A stretch of DNA of 64,000 bases from Iphione sp. A-MEVVRFRX5 (GCA_976226885.1 OZ320316.1:24552001-24616000), one strand, 5' to 3'; counted from the first letter of the stretch, positions 49,903 to 61,400 are shown. Numbers and translations are program-made. Notes: generated from the sequence alone by a model not told the origin.

Positions 49903-51630
49903 CAAGTTGGGGGTCAGTCAGATGGGGTCAGGCCAAAAGGCCCCCGGGAGGAGGGCACCTGAGAAAGACCTCACAGTAATGATATCTACAGTCGTACCTC
50001 AGGGGACACTCCAATGGAGTTTCTCTGGAGGACGGGAGGGGGGCGCGGACAGTCGAGCCTCCCCCAGGGGTCGCAGTCAGCGCCAGTTTAGAGCTGATAT
50101 TACTGCGGCTCCACCTGTAGACAGTATGAGCCAATCATCCCAATGGTTCCGGGTTAAGGGTCAACAGTAGCTCGCTCGATCGGCCAAAGATTGTTGAAAC
50201 AGAGGAAAGAGGAGAGCATCTTCTATTTTGTTTTTCTTTTGCGAGTAGGTGTGTTTGGATGGGCGAGTAGACCTGTACTTGCGTGACCACAAGAGAGGAC
50301 GGGGACGAAACAAATAACGAAGTGAGGGATGAATAAGACCAGAGACAGGATACCAGGGGTGGGCCAACGGGGAGGAATACTGTTAAATTAGCAGAAGGTT
50401 TGATTTACAACGGGGGGGGTCGGGAATGGATCTTGGTATATTAAAAGAACTAAGGTTGAATGAGGGAGGGACGAGAGGAAAAGGAAGAGCAACAGACCCG
50501 CATAAAGCAATACAATTTCATGAAAGGGAGGAGGTAGGGAACGCGACGATTTCAATGGATGCTATCGAAGCAGAGATTGCATTACATTAGTCCAAAGGAA
50601 ACGGCATATGTGAGGGTGCATTAGTGCAGGATAATAGCAAAGAAAAGCAGACAAAGACAGAAATTGTTCAAAGGAATAGGATTCGATACTGTAAGACTGT
50701 ATACATTCATTATATGTCTGTTTCAAGGTGCTTGACCCATTAGTGACTTGAAGATGCCTAGATACATTGCTCAGTGGGGACCCTATGAGAGCTTAATGCT
50801 TAATACTATTATAATATTTTATTATTATTTATATGTTACGATCGAGCTTCTTAAACACACAAATCAGTGATTTTATATATTCATTATGACCAATTAAGAG
50901 AATTTGTGTACTGGTGTAGGAACAAGGGCATAATTTTTCTCTCACCTTGACACCAGCGCCTGAATGGTTTGTTGACCCCGACTTAGTGTGTTCAGTGTTA
51001 CGCAGTTTTTGTGAGCAAAAATATTACTTTAAATCAATGCAATTTTTTTTTCATATTGATCAGTCGGACGGCATGGACGACAGCAGTACATCGTGAAGTC
51101 TTCACAGGTCTTAGTGTATCAAAAGGTGTAGTCCTGGCATGGTTAATCGACACATGGCTGTATTTATCACTGAATCCTTGCCTGGGTGTTGGCTCAAATA
51201 TGCCTCTGTGTGTGAATGTGTGTATGTGTGTATGTGTGTCGGGAACCGTGGATTCTGTCCGTGTCTGCGTGTATTAACCTCACCATTTCAGCCCGACCCA
51301 GTCCCAAACCTAATATCCGGACCGAGGCGACGGTGCGGCCAGGCCTCTGTTGAAACATTTCTCACAGTATATAAAACGCCCAGGCGTAAATCTCTTTCCC
51401 CACAAACGAAGCTAAGCCTTCCCGTCCAAATCAGGAACTCTCCATACGTAGCACTGTGGAACCCCGCATGAATGCAATAAGTGTACACATGTGAACTGCT
51501 GCATTTTTGATTGACGGTGAATAGAGAAAATCACTGCTATAACTCATGGCGGCAATTGCATGTCTTGCAATCTGGGGCAACGATATTCTGACAGGCAACA
51601 GGCAATGGACGAGAAGGAACTCGAAGCAGA

Positions 51631-51662
51631 AGGAGGAGGAGGAGGAGGAGGAGGAGGAGGAG
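51631..51662. repeat. (AGG)n microsatellite
   Basis: Directly visible. Confidence 0.97.
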
Positions 51663-52396
51663 TTGACGCGGGGAGCCATTGCTTGTGCTCACGTCAAAGG
51701 GTCAAGTGTAGCGGCGATGCTAATGGCTTTTGGCATGGGTCGCGCCAAGTCATGACCGTAGGGACATGACAACCAGCGCCACCTAGGTCGTGCTCCCCCA
51801 GCTGCCGGTAGGGGGCGGGGCGCGACTCGGAGCCTCCCAGTGGTGTCTTCGGTGAAATGTTGAAAGGAGTTGTTGATGCTCTGGTGGTTCGGGTGGGGGA
51901 GGGTGGTTGTGAGAGGGACGCTGATGGTGAGGATGATGGTGAACGAGAGCGTAGGGGATGCAGACAATCAGTGAAAAAATCTACCTCGAAAGGGAATGAA
52001 TGATAGCTATGGTTTGTCATAACAGAGCTACAAAAGCGTTTTCTGAGTGGAGGCCGATGGGATTCGTGGACCAAGTTGCTGAAGTGATATAAGTGCGTAT
52101 AATCAAATATTGGTCTTTCAAACATGAAATAAATTAGTAGAGGTTCTTCTAGAGTGCATGTAGTACAAAACATAAAAATATACTACTTAATCCTCGGACT
52201 TTAATTTAAGGTGATAGAGGTCTTACAGAAAATGTTTAATTTTTTTAACAGATGCAAATACTCATATTGAAGGCGATCGACCAAATACGCCACTTACATG
52301 AATAATACAGGATGGGATTTGCTTCAGTAGAAACATATATGTATATAGATATATATACATATGAAAAATATTCATGTACAGATCAGCCAGGAACAC

Positions 52397-52411
52397 GACA
52401 TGGCGGAGTAG
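52397..52411 (+). promoter_or_regulatory. GACATGGCGGAGT motif (YY1-like) with uORF ATG GCG GAG TAG
   Basis: Identical 13-mer at 3264 in element A. Confidence 0.5.
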
Positions 52412-52502
52412 AGACGTGTTTTGAGTGGGCTCCGACTTGACCAGTCCAGAATAAGCAAAGATACCAGGGGAAGTATACAGAAGGCCCCAAGTAAGTCAGG
52501 GA

Positions 52503-54176
52503 ATGCTCACGAGATCCAGAAGCACAACAGAGACAGAGGTCTACTGCAATATGCCGACATCAAATCCAGGGAAGAAAGGTGGAAAGCCATGACCGGCTAC
52601 CCCGAGCGATGATAGAGGAACGAACGGTCATAACGGTCAGCAGGTGGGCGATCTGGCTGTCACGGTCTCGAAGGGCAGTGACAGCAGGGTGGACCCGCCA
52701 ACACACGAGGTGACCGCCGGAGCAGGTCTGTCCATGTTCGATGTGGACAATGACGAAGGGGAAGGAGGCATCTACCCCCTACCACAAAAGGCTGAACCTG
52801 TAAACGGAGCAGATGAAGGTGATCTGTTTCTGGACACACCAGGACATGGTGAGGACTATAGCCTAATAGACTTAGGTGTAACAGGGAACGATCCTATCAA
52901 TTTGACACCTGTTGGAGGTGGAGGGAGTCCCACTAGCTCTGCCGCATTGTTCTTAGTATTAAACGATCTAAGGCAGGAGATAGATGACATTCGACCGAGG
53001 TTAACAAAAATCAGTAAGCTAGAGTCAATGGTTACTGAATTAAAATCAGAAGTAGCAACTATCACAGAGAAGTATGAGAAATCTTGTGAAAAAATCAATC
53101 AGCTAGAATCAACAATGGCAGCGAAGGTGAAAGCAGACAAAGAAAAAATATTGGGGGACGTGGACATAGCGTTCAGGCAGTATAACATCAGACTTGAATT
53201 GATGGAGGGAGAAAAATGTAAACTGAAGGATCGCATACTGCAGCTTGAGGTAGACCTTAGAAAAGCAAACTTTATTATCGAAGGAGTCCCAGAGGGTTGG
53301 GCAGAGGATACATGGGCGATTGTAAATGATCTACTCTCTAGGATCGATCAGGATTGTTACTATTCTGATGCGCTACTATCAGCCGTCAGAATCGGTGGTA
53401 TGAGAGGCCGTCCCAGACCGATTTTAGTAAAAATGGTGGGAGACGACATCAGGAATAGTGTGTTTTCAAAAAAACCAAATCTAAATTGGATACAAGGGGG
53501 TGGTTATATCTCGTTTCGGGAGGATCTACCTGAGGAGGCAAGGACTCCTAACAAGTCGCTAAAAGCAATCAGTAACTTGGCTGTAAGCAAGGGCATGAAA
53601 TCTACAGTGAATGGCACAGTTATCAGGATAGAGGGCACAGAGTACAACTTCAATGAGTTACATAAGCTGCCTGAGGGCTTGTCAATCGAAGAAACAGCTA
53701 GAAGACGGGTAGGGAATTCCTTTATTTTTAGCGGACCGAACTGCATACTGTCCAATGAGGCACCAGTTAATATAGAGCTAGGCGGAGACAGGTACAAAAC
53801 GGTCAACCATTGGGTAGCAGCGGAATGCGCGCGACTACATGGTCGTGACGAAATCCGTCGACAGATTCTAACAGAATCAGATGGGAACAGGGTACTACCC
53901 CTAACATATCAAATCAAGAAATCGAGCGATTGGTTACACATGCAGGAGGAGATATTGAAGGAGGGTCTCTATGCAAAGCTGAAAGTAAGTGACAAGTTCA
54001 AAAGAGAGTTAATATCAACAGGGGCACAGCAATTAGTCGAAGCAGGCCGTGACTATATTTATGGCTCAGGCTGCCACTTATGGGACGCAAAAATCAAGAA
54101 TGGACTGTGGGCAGGTCGTAATCTTGCTGGCATTACTTTGCAAAAAATTCGTGCCAGTCTCTCCGATTCTAACTAA
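52503..54176 (+). CDS. Element B ORF1p: acidic/disordered N-terminus + coiled coil + L1-type RRM/CTD + C-terminal NADAR-like domain; one in-frame TGA at 52590-52592
   Basis: The frame of the 52644 track ORF extends upstream to ATG 52503 (MLTRSRS...) across a single TGA; next ATG is 52734. Motifs LRKANFIIEGVPE, RPRPILVKM, FREDL. C-terminus FSG..ILSN..YKTVNHW..ELISTG..LVEAGRDYIYGSG..WAGRNLAG..LQKIR. Confidence 0.82.
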
Positions 54177-54619
54177 CGATCTATTCTTGTTGCAGGAATT
54201 GAATTGGTATAAAATATTGATTCGTTGATCATTATTCGTTTCTCCGGCGTTCACAGGGAAAAAGGTAGTGTGCTGGACATATCACTTGGTTGCTGTCACG
54301 GGACAATATCAATATGCTCATAATTATCTAAGTAATATAAATTTCTTCGTCACATATTGTATCAGACTATAGATCAATTTATTAGCCCTTGCATAATGAT
54401 AACTGAACCGCTTGTACTCATAACATCCCTGCGTCGCTACAATCAGCCCAGGGACATGAATAACGTGAGATCGATTTCAATTACACTAATGGAACATTGC
54501 TTTGCTTGCCTAATAATGCTTTCCAACTGGAATTTAACGTGTACATTCCTGCATATTGCCAGACTCTTATTATCCAACTTGTCTGAATACATGATTTCAG
54601 GAGATATTGAGGACTCGAA

Positions 54620-55252
54620 ATGCGACAAGTTCTACTGCTGAGTGACTCGAGAGGTCGATGCATAGCGTCCTCCATGGGTGACACGTGGGAGGCTGATAAT
54701 GAAGTCTCCCTTGTTGTGAAATCGTTCCCGGGTGCCAGGCTGGGTTTTCTCTTGAGCATCTTGCGTGAAACTGATCTAAGTGACTACAGAATGGTTTACA
54801 TATTCGCCGGCATAGCAGATTTAACTAAAAAAATTAAGGGGGCAAATATCTTGCTCCCTAGGTATGACAGCATGGTGGAATTTAGATTATGGTTAGATGC
54901 TCTATCATCGTTGCTCAGCCGTAGAGTATGTGAATATCATCCTTACATACCGATAGGATTGGTACCAATAAGTGGCATAAATCTGGCTCAATACAGTCCC
55001 ACAACCTACTCAAAAGATTTTCAGAAAATGCTAAACAATATGATCATGGAATTGAACATCTTTTACAGACAATTCAATTCGCACTACAACCTGTACACAC
55101 CAGCTACTGAATTCCCTGTGCACCGGAGGATCAAGGGTAAATATCGAACTCGTTTTACATACCTATACGACGGCTGCCATGCGGGCAACAAGGCAACTGC
55201 CAGTTGGGTCCGCAACATCAAAGCAGCTATACTCGTCATGCTGCGTGACTAA
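54620..55252 (+). CDS. Element B ORF2: stand-alone SGNH/GDSL-type esterase (210 aa)
   Basis: Blocks I LLSDSRG, II FPGA, III FAGIAD, V YDGCH. Confidence 0.82.
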   Translation: MRQVLLLSDSRGRCIASSMGDTWEADNEVSLVVKSFPGARLGFLLSILRETDLSDYRMVYIFAGIADLTKKIKGANILLPRYDSMVEFRLWLDALSSLLSRRVCEYHPYIPIGLVPISGINLAQYSPTTYSKDFQKMLNNMIMELNIFYRQFNSHYNLYTPATEFPVHRRIKGKYRTRFTYLYDGCHAGNKATASWVRNIKAAILVMLRD

Positions 55253-55405
55253 TAGAAAACGGTATGTTGTGCTTTTTTCTGGTCAGGTCAAGTCGGGACA
55301 CAATCTTGCTCATATTCTCTCTGCACATACTTATCCTGAGTGGATTACGAGTGACAAACTCATTGTACATAACCTTAACCCTCCTGGGGGGGCTGTCACC
55401 TTTCC

Positions 55406-58195
55406 ATGACAATACTTACTATATCAGCTTGGAATGTGCATAGCATACTAGGGAAATTAAGCCATGTGCAAAGTCTGTTATACAGTCACAACGTGGATAT
55501 ACTTGTGATAGTCGAGACATGGCTGAACGGTGGAATACCAAACTCAGTATTAGAAATAACAGGGTACAGACTAATCCGACAAGACCGCTGCCCAGTGGCA
55601 ACAGGATTACGTGTTGGCGGGGGCGTTCTGGTATATGCAAGAAACAATTTCGAAGTAGATGTACTAGAGGAACTGTCGTCTGTAGATCATATTGGCCACA
55701 TCTTATCATTAAAAATCAAACCTGGGAATAGAAAAAAGCAATACTTTACGGTAATATATAGAAGACCCAACAGTAGTTTAGACGCTTACCTTGAGAAATT
55801 GGGGGTGGTTCTGACCGAAATAGTTAAATACGACGATAGGGTCGTTACAGTCTTGGGGGATATGAATGTTAACTGGATAAAAAATTCCGTCGAGAAGAAC
55901 AAATGTCTGTCTTTCTCGAAGAGATTGAAGATTCCACAGCTAATTACCACCTCTACCTATCGTGCCGGGTCTTGCCTAGATCACATATATACGAATCATA
56001 AGTATATCATGGAAGGAGGAGTCTGGGGGGACGCTGCTAGCGACCACAATCCTGTATTTGTAAAAATTAAAAAGGGCAGGGGAAAGACACCATTGTCGAC
56101 ATCAAGAGTGAGAAATTATAGGAGGTATAACTATGGGCGATTCTCTCAGGAGTTATCCGAACAAAACTGGGAGCTGGCTGCTGATGCAAATGGAGAATCG
56201 GGATGGGAGAAGATAATTGAGAATGGTTTAAGAGTCTTAGATGACATAGCACCATATGAAGAGAGGAAAGTGTTTACCTCCAAGCCATTTTGGCTAAGCC
56301 CAAAAATAATGGACTTGAAACGGGAACGGGATTACTACTTTAAAAAGCACAAGCGGTTTCATGACGAGGACAGCCTACGGATATACCAGTACTATAGGAC
56401 AAGGGTGAATAAGGAATTATTTCATGCTAAGAAGAGAAGGGTGAATGAAGAAATATCTAGGGCTGCAGGGGACTCAAGGCAGCTATGGGGGACCATAACA
56501 AAACAGGTATTTGGGAGGGTTAATTGCAGACACGATATTATACTGAAGCAGGACGGGGCTTCTCGTGGAGTTGAGGATTCCGCAGAACTACTAAACAATT
56601 TTTTCATAGACTCTGTGGAGGAAGTAGCTGCACAAATGGACAACGTGACTATACCGAATCTCGAAGACGCTGACGACGGATTAAATGACTTTAGTGAAGT
56701 TGACAATCGTACAGTACTGAGACATGTGAAAAAGTTACAAGAAAATAAACCCACTGGGATGGACGGAATAAACATGAGGGTCCTCAAACACCTACTACAA
56801 ATTAAGGTTGATCTATTCACGTGGGTTATAAATGATTGTTTAAATAAAGGAATATTTCTGACAGCATGGAAAAATGCAACTGTAGTGCCCATACACAAGA
56901 AAGACAGTCGTTTAGAGTGTAAAAATTATCGACCAGTATCACTCCTACCTGTCCCGGGGAAGATTCTTGAGAGAATAGTATTAGATCAGGTAAACTCTTC
57001 AGCAGAAAGTAGGCACATTATGATGGACTCACAATATGGCTTCCGAGCGGGAAGGGGCTGCAGCCTAGCTTGTGCAGATCTATTGCAACATGTGTATGAG
57101 GACATTAATAATTCCAGATACCCTGGGGCTGTATATTTGGACCTAAGCAAGGCCTTTGATCTTGTCTCTCACGAACTAATTGTTAGGAAATTAGCAAATT
57201 ACGGGTATACGGGGAGAGTAAACCATTGGTTCAAAAGCTATCTAGCGGGCAGGAAGCAGAAGGTAGTTTGTAACGGAGTAGCATCGACGATAAGACAGGT
57301 AAACACGGGGGTTTCCCAAGGCTCAATATTGGGCCCATGGCTATTCACAATGCTAGTAAACGACCTAAACACTGTCAGCTTTCCCTCACGGTTAGTGGTC
57401 TACGCAGACGACATAATTTACGCATGGGGAGGGAGCGCCTGGGCATTGAATCTTAAACTTCAACACACACTAAGACAAATATCTGTCTGGTGTAATATAA
57501 ATGGGATGAAACTAAACCTTACGAAATCTAAGTACATGTGCTTTGGTAAAACGAGCCAATATGATTTGGATCTGGAAATAGCGGGAACTAGGTTGGGGAG
57601 GGTTAGGACCTTCAACTACCTAGGGTATTGGATTGACGAACAACTAACCTTTAGGCATCTGATAGAGGACAAGGTGAGGAAACTAAGAACAAAAAGTTAC
57701 ATTCTAGGAAGGGCAAAAAGGCTTTTTAATGCTGATACAATGCGTTTGGCGTATAATGGGTTCGTTACATCCACCTTAAATCATGGCCTGGAGTTTGTAT
57801 CTGGTGCCTCAAAGGTATCGTTGGAAAAACTACATGGGGCCTATTTAACATCAATAAAACAATGCTTCATGAGTGAATTTACTTCTAAGAGGAGACTAAT
57901 GGGCTGGATGGTAGATCATGGGATGATAGATCTAGAGGACCGTATAGAATACTTCTTAATGCTCCTCATGCATGACATGTCAAACTTGAAATTTTTCAGA
58001 CGACTGCCGATGAGAGGTACCAGGGCATCACAAAGAGAAGACCTACTAACGAATAAGCCAACCAGTGAGCTATATCGTAGAGGGTTTCTGTATAAAGGTA
58101 TGATTAAGTGGAACAAAATACCCTTGGCCCATAGAAGTTTAAATAAAGGCAAGTTCAAGGGAGTTCTAAAGAATAAGTCAGGTCGCAAAAACTAA
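55406..58195 (+). CDS. Element B ORF3: intact APE endonuclease + reverse transcriptase (929 aa)
   Basis: APE motifs WNVHS, ETWL, GGGV, YRRP, LGDMN, LDHIY, SDH. RT motifs NYRPVSLL, QYGFR, YLDLSKAFD, GVSQGSILGP, YADD, FNYLG. No stops or frameshifts. Confidence 0.96.
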   Translation: MTILTISAWNVHSILGKLSHVQSLLYSHNVDILVIVETWLNGGIPNSVLEITGYRLIRQDRCPVATGLRVGGGVLVYARNNFEVDVLEELSSVDHIGHILSLKIKPGNRKKQYFTVIYRRPNSSLDAYLEKLGVVLTEIVKYDDRVVTVLGDMNVNWIKNSVEKNKCLSFSKRLKIPQLITTSTYRAGSCLDHIYTNHKYIMEGGVWGDAASDHNPVFVKIKKGRGKTPLSTSRVRNYRRYNYGRFSQELSEQNWELAADANGESGWEKIIENGLRVLDDIAPYEERKVFTSKPFWLSPKIMDLKRERDYYFKKHKRFHDEDSLRIYQYYRTRVNKELFHAKKRRVNEEISRAAGDSRQLWGTITKQVFGRVNCRHDIILKQDGASRGVEDSAELLNNFFIDSVEEVAAQMDNVTIPNLEDADDGLNDFSEVDNRTVLRHVKKLQENKPTGMDGINMRVLKHLLQIKVDLFTWVINDCLNKGIFLTAWKNATVVPIHKKDSRLECKNYRPVSLLPVPGKILERIVLDQVNSSAESRHIMMDSQYGFRAGRGCSLACADLLQHVYEDINNSRYPGAVYLDLSKAFDLVSHELIVRKLANYGYTGRVNHWFKSYLAGRKQKVVCNGVASTIRQVNTGVSQGSILGPWLFTMLVNDLNTVSFPSRLVVYADDIIYAWGGSAWALNLKLQHTLRQISVWCNINGMKLNLTKSKYMCFGKTSQYDLDLEIAGTRLGRVRTFNYLGYWIDEQLTFRHLIEDKVRKLRTKSYILGRAKRLFNADTMRLAYNGFVTSTLNHGLEFVSGASKVSLEKLHGAYLTSIKQCFMSEFTSKRRLMGWMVDHGMIDLEDRIEYFLMLLMHDMSNLKFFRRLPMRGTRASQREDLLTNKPTSELYRRGFLYKGMIKWNKIPLAHRSLNKGKFKGVLKNKSGRKN

Positions 58196-58423
58196 AAATA
58201 AACTGTATGTTAGTAGACTAGGCCGAACTGTACATATTTCCTCAGCCACTGATCCCTAGTGATGATCTCAATAAAGCTAGCGACCCACGATGGAAGCGAT
58301 TGGCCTTGGATCCCTACCCTGAGGACAGCAACTGATACCAGTCACTGTACAAGAAGCAAGCGACAAACGTGTTGGAGACAGGATGGAAAACAATCTTTCC
58401 CTCACTGAGCTCTTATTGGAAAC

Positions 58424-58485
58424 CACTTAGCTTAAGTGACAATTTGCTCAATAAACAATTCTCAATTCTCAATTCTCAATTCTCA
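58424..58485 (+). terminator. 3' terminus of element B: hairpin CACTTA-GCT-TAAGTG (58424-58438), AATAAA (58450-58455), (CAATTCT)4 tail (58456-58485)
   Basis: Directly visible; a stem-loop plus a short tandem-repeat tail is the typical CR1/L2 3' end. Confidence 0.85.
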
Positions 58486-61400
58486 CTGGTACTCATACAA
58501 CCATACAGGTTTGCGTTGTTATTGACGAATAAATGGTTGACTATATAATGTGTGAAATAGGTGATTTGTGCATTGAAATATACCATTTGCGAGAACTTAC
58601 TTTTGGACAAAAAATACTCCCGCAGTATCCTGGGGTCAATTTCAAATTATGGACAGTGATTTTAGGTATACATGTATACCAGATTGATATTTCACCCGGG
58701 TTCTGTTTGGAATTTTTAATGTACACATGTGTTTTAAATGATTTTTTGCCTGCCCTATACTTGTCGGCGAGACATATTTGAGAAGGACGTAATTTCAAAT
58801 ATTTGCTCCCTGAGGTGTAGATTCCAACAGACGGTTATGTCTCTTTTACTACTGATATGTATTGGTTGGTATGTTTGAATGCAGGTGTATGTCATTTTGG
58901 AGTTGAGTAGTAAGGTCTGGGAATGATAAGCCTTCGCTCTGGCACCGAGAGAAAGTCCCAACATGCAGTATCGTGAGAGGAGGTGAAAGGTGTGCCTCCC
59001 GAAGTGGCTTCACGCGTGGCTTCCTAAAACACAAATGCTGGTGTCTGTAGCTGCATGAGATCCTGACCCACGGATGTCTCTCAAAAATACCCTCCACAAA
59101 GAGATCTAACATACACCAGGCTCTTATTTCACTGTCCCAGAGGGCCGCGAGTGGACCGGGGAGCGGCATTTGTGTCACTCATTTCAAAGGTAACAGGTGG
59201 CCTACTCCCTACAGAAATGGCTAGCGACGATGTTAGCACGAAGCCACTTCAACTGCAGTGAGGCCTATACGTTCTATGTAATGTAAAAGGGAACAGGTGG
59301 GCGGTGCTTTCCACGTTGTTGAGGTGTAAAGTTATCTTATAATATGCTAGTACATTTTGCGTGTAGGGGCATGCCATTAGAGTGAGTGATATTGCTAATG
59401 GAGCTGAGTAATGGCACATGGAGGGATACTCCGATATTTCAGGTTTTGTGTGTCTAGCGACAGTAGAGAGGAAACTGTACCAGACATATTATATATATAT
59501 ATGTGTGTGTGTGTCAGACTCGAGTCATAGGACTGTCAAAGATAACAGGGGGCGGGGGTACAGGTTTTGAGCATGATAAAGGTAGGTAGGTCGGTAGGTA
59601 GTGGGAAGGTAAGGAGTGGTGAAGCTCTAAGAGAAGACGGAGGGAACTCTCTTTGTGTAGAGGTGAAAGTGGCGATCAGTGCTTGTGCAATGATGTATCT
59701 GAATTGAAATTAGGAAAATTGGTAATATCATATGAAGATTAAAAGTAGGTCAATGGTGTACCACACGCATAGGGAAATAGAGGTACAGTAACAGGGGTTT
59801 AAATTGAAGTATACAAAATTCTGTAGCGAGATATCATTTTTGAATCACTATGATTTTTTTTGTACATTTTGTGTAAGACGTTTACATGCCTTCTATATTG
59901 GTCAACTAGAACTGGTACGGGCTTTAACTTGAATACTTACCTGGTTTGACCAAAGTTCATTATAATAAAAAGCACTAACACACACACATACCCATACCCA
60001 TACACACGCGTTAGCAGGTATAAACACACACAGAGGCACACCCATTGGGAGGAAAGGATTAATCGCCGTAAAGGAAAATATAGTTTGTGCTGTTGCGATC
60101 TAAGTAGGAATGTCGGGTAAATGGCCCTGATTCGTCACGTGGACATATGTGCGGGGAAGGATTTCCATTATAGATAACAGCACTGCATGCCAGCACTTGA
60201 GCAATGTCTTCGGCGATATTATTGAGGGCTATATATGGGCACGGAAAAGCAACTGCTGGCATGGGCGATAAAATATGGGCTGTACAAACTGGTCTAGGAA
60301 GCTATCGATGGGAAAGCTATCCAAAAAGGAAAACTTGATAAAGGTTTTCACGTCGATTGCCAGAGATAAAGTGAATGGCCTTATATCTATGGTCCGCGAA
60401 CAGTCTTCTCATATGTGATATGTGTTAATATGTACGAACTGCATATTAGCTGCCTATTTGACTCAATTTTGTTTCTTCAGTATTTCTGTTTAATGGTGCA
60501 TTGTCCTAAAATTGTTTGGCAATATAAAAAGAATAATTAAGCCCAAATCTATGTGTATTTATTCACATAGCCACAGTAGAAACCCCACATATAGACCGGT
60601 CTAGATGCATCGAGTATCTTGTCTTGAACTGAGACCTACGATCTACTCATTCTGTTAGCATATATGAAAGTCTTAAGTGGCTTTCCTGAAGTCGAATGCA
60701 CGTTAGGACATATCGCGAATTTCAAGTTTTTAAAGTGTTCCTCTTTGTTCTAGTAATTGTTTTTCCTTTACTTCGTGCCCCGAGAGGCTACTACGTTGGT
60801 ATATATGTATCAGCCAAGTTAGGTTAGTGTAATAACGAGTATCTAGCCCTGCAGATCCAGTCTCCATAAACGGCCCACATTACGAGAAACCTGCTAGCAT
60901 AAGTCCAGTAATGCGGTGTACCGCACGTATTTTAGCCCAAATATCGTGCTATTTCTGGCGAAACGAATGAGTCTGTAGTTTTTTGGCATCTCGACATGTT
61001 AAGCACGAAACACCATTGCTTCTTAAGTATATTGAACTCATATCAGCATAACCATTAAATAAAACATCCTCCTTATGTAACCGGTCAGCCGCTATGAATC
61101 AGAGATCTTTCCGTTCAGATAGGTGTGTCCGACCAACGGCCAATGTCAGACGATTACGTGTCGGTGGTTACTGTACTGGCCCACGGTCAGATTATTGAAT
61201 AAGGACAAATGTAGCCCGTATCTATTTTCACCGTAGACGCAGCTATATGTCTATTTCCATACGAAGCCCCCCCCCCCCCTTCGCTATAAGCGTAGGCTTC
61301 TGTTTTCCAGACGAAAGGAAATGTCACCTCTCGATTTACTTCTGACAGATTTCCTGCTTAGAATAGCCGTCCACAAATTCGTTGAGGATGGAAAACGGCT

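Larger units (their letters stand above)
52397..58485 (+). mobile_element. LINE element B (CR1/L2 group), three ORFs: ORF1-NADAR / SGNH esterase / APE-RT
   Basis: ORFs 52503-54176, 54620-55252 and 55406-58195; 3' end has a hairpin, AATAAA and a (CAATTCT)4 tail. The 5' end is placed at the motif shared with element A. No TSD found. Confidence 0.93.

Noticed and set aside
51689-52173. Minus-strand ORFs with a signal-peptide-like stretch and LGEHDL / PLHLTL motifs (trypsin-like or aminopeptidase exon 1)
   Set aside because: No ATG for the hydrophobic frame, no supporting motifs in register, no convincing splice sites.
52330-52396. Target-site duplications for elements A and B
   Set aside because: No matching direct repeats found at the inferred ends; CR1/L2 insertions often lack clear TSDs and the 5' ends are uncertain.
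59933-59944. ATACTTACCTGG, identical to the 5' end of U1 snRNA
   Set aside because: Only 12 nt match and no U1 body follows; it is the reverse complement of a consensus 5' splice site, and the adjacent sequence is not coding-like.
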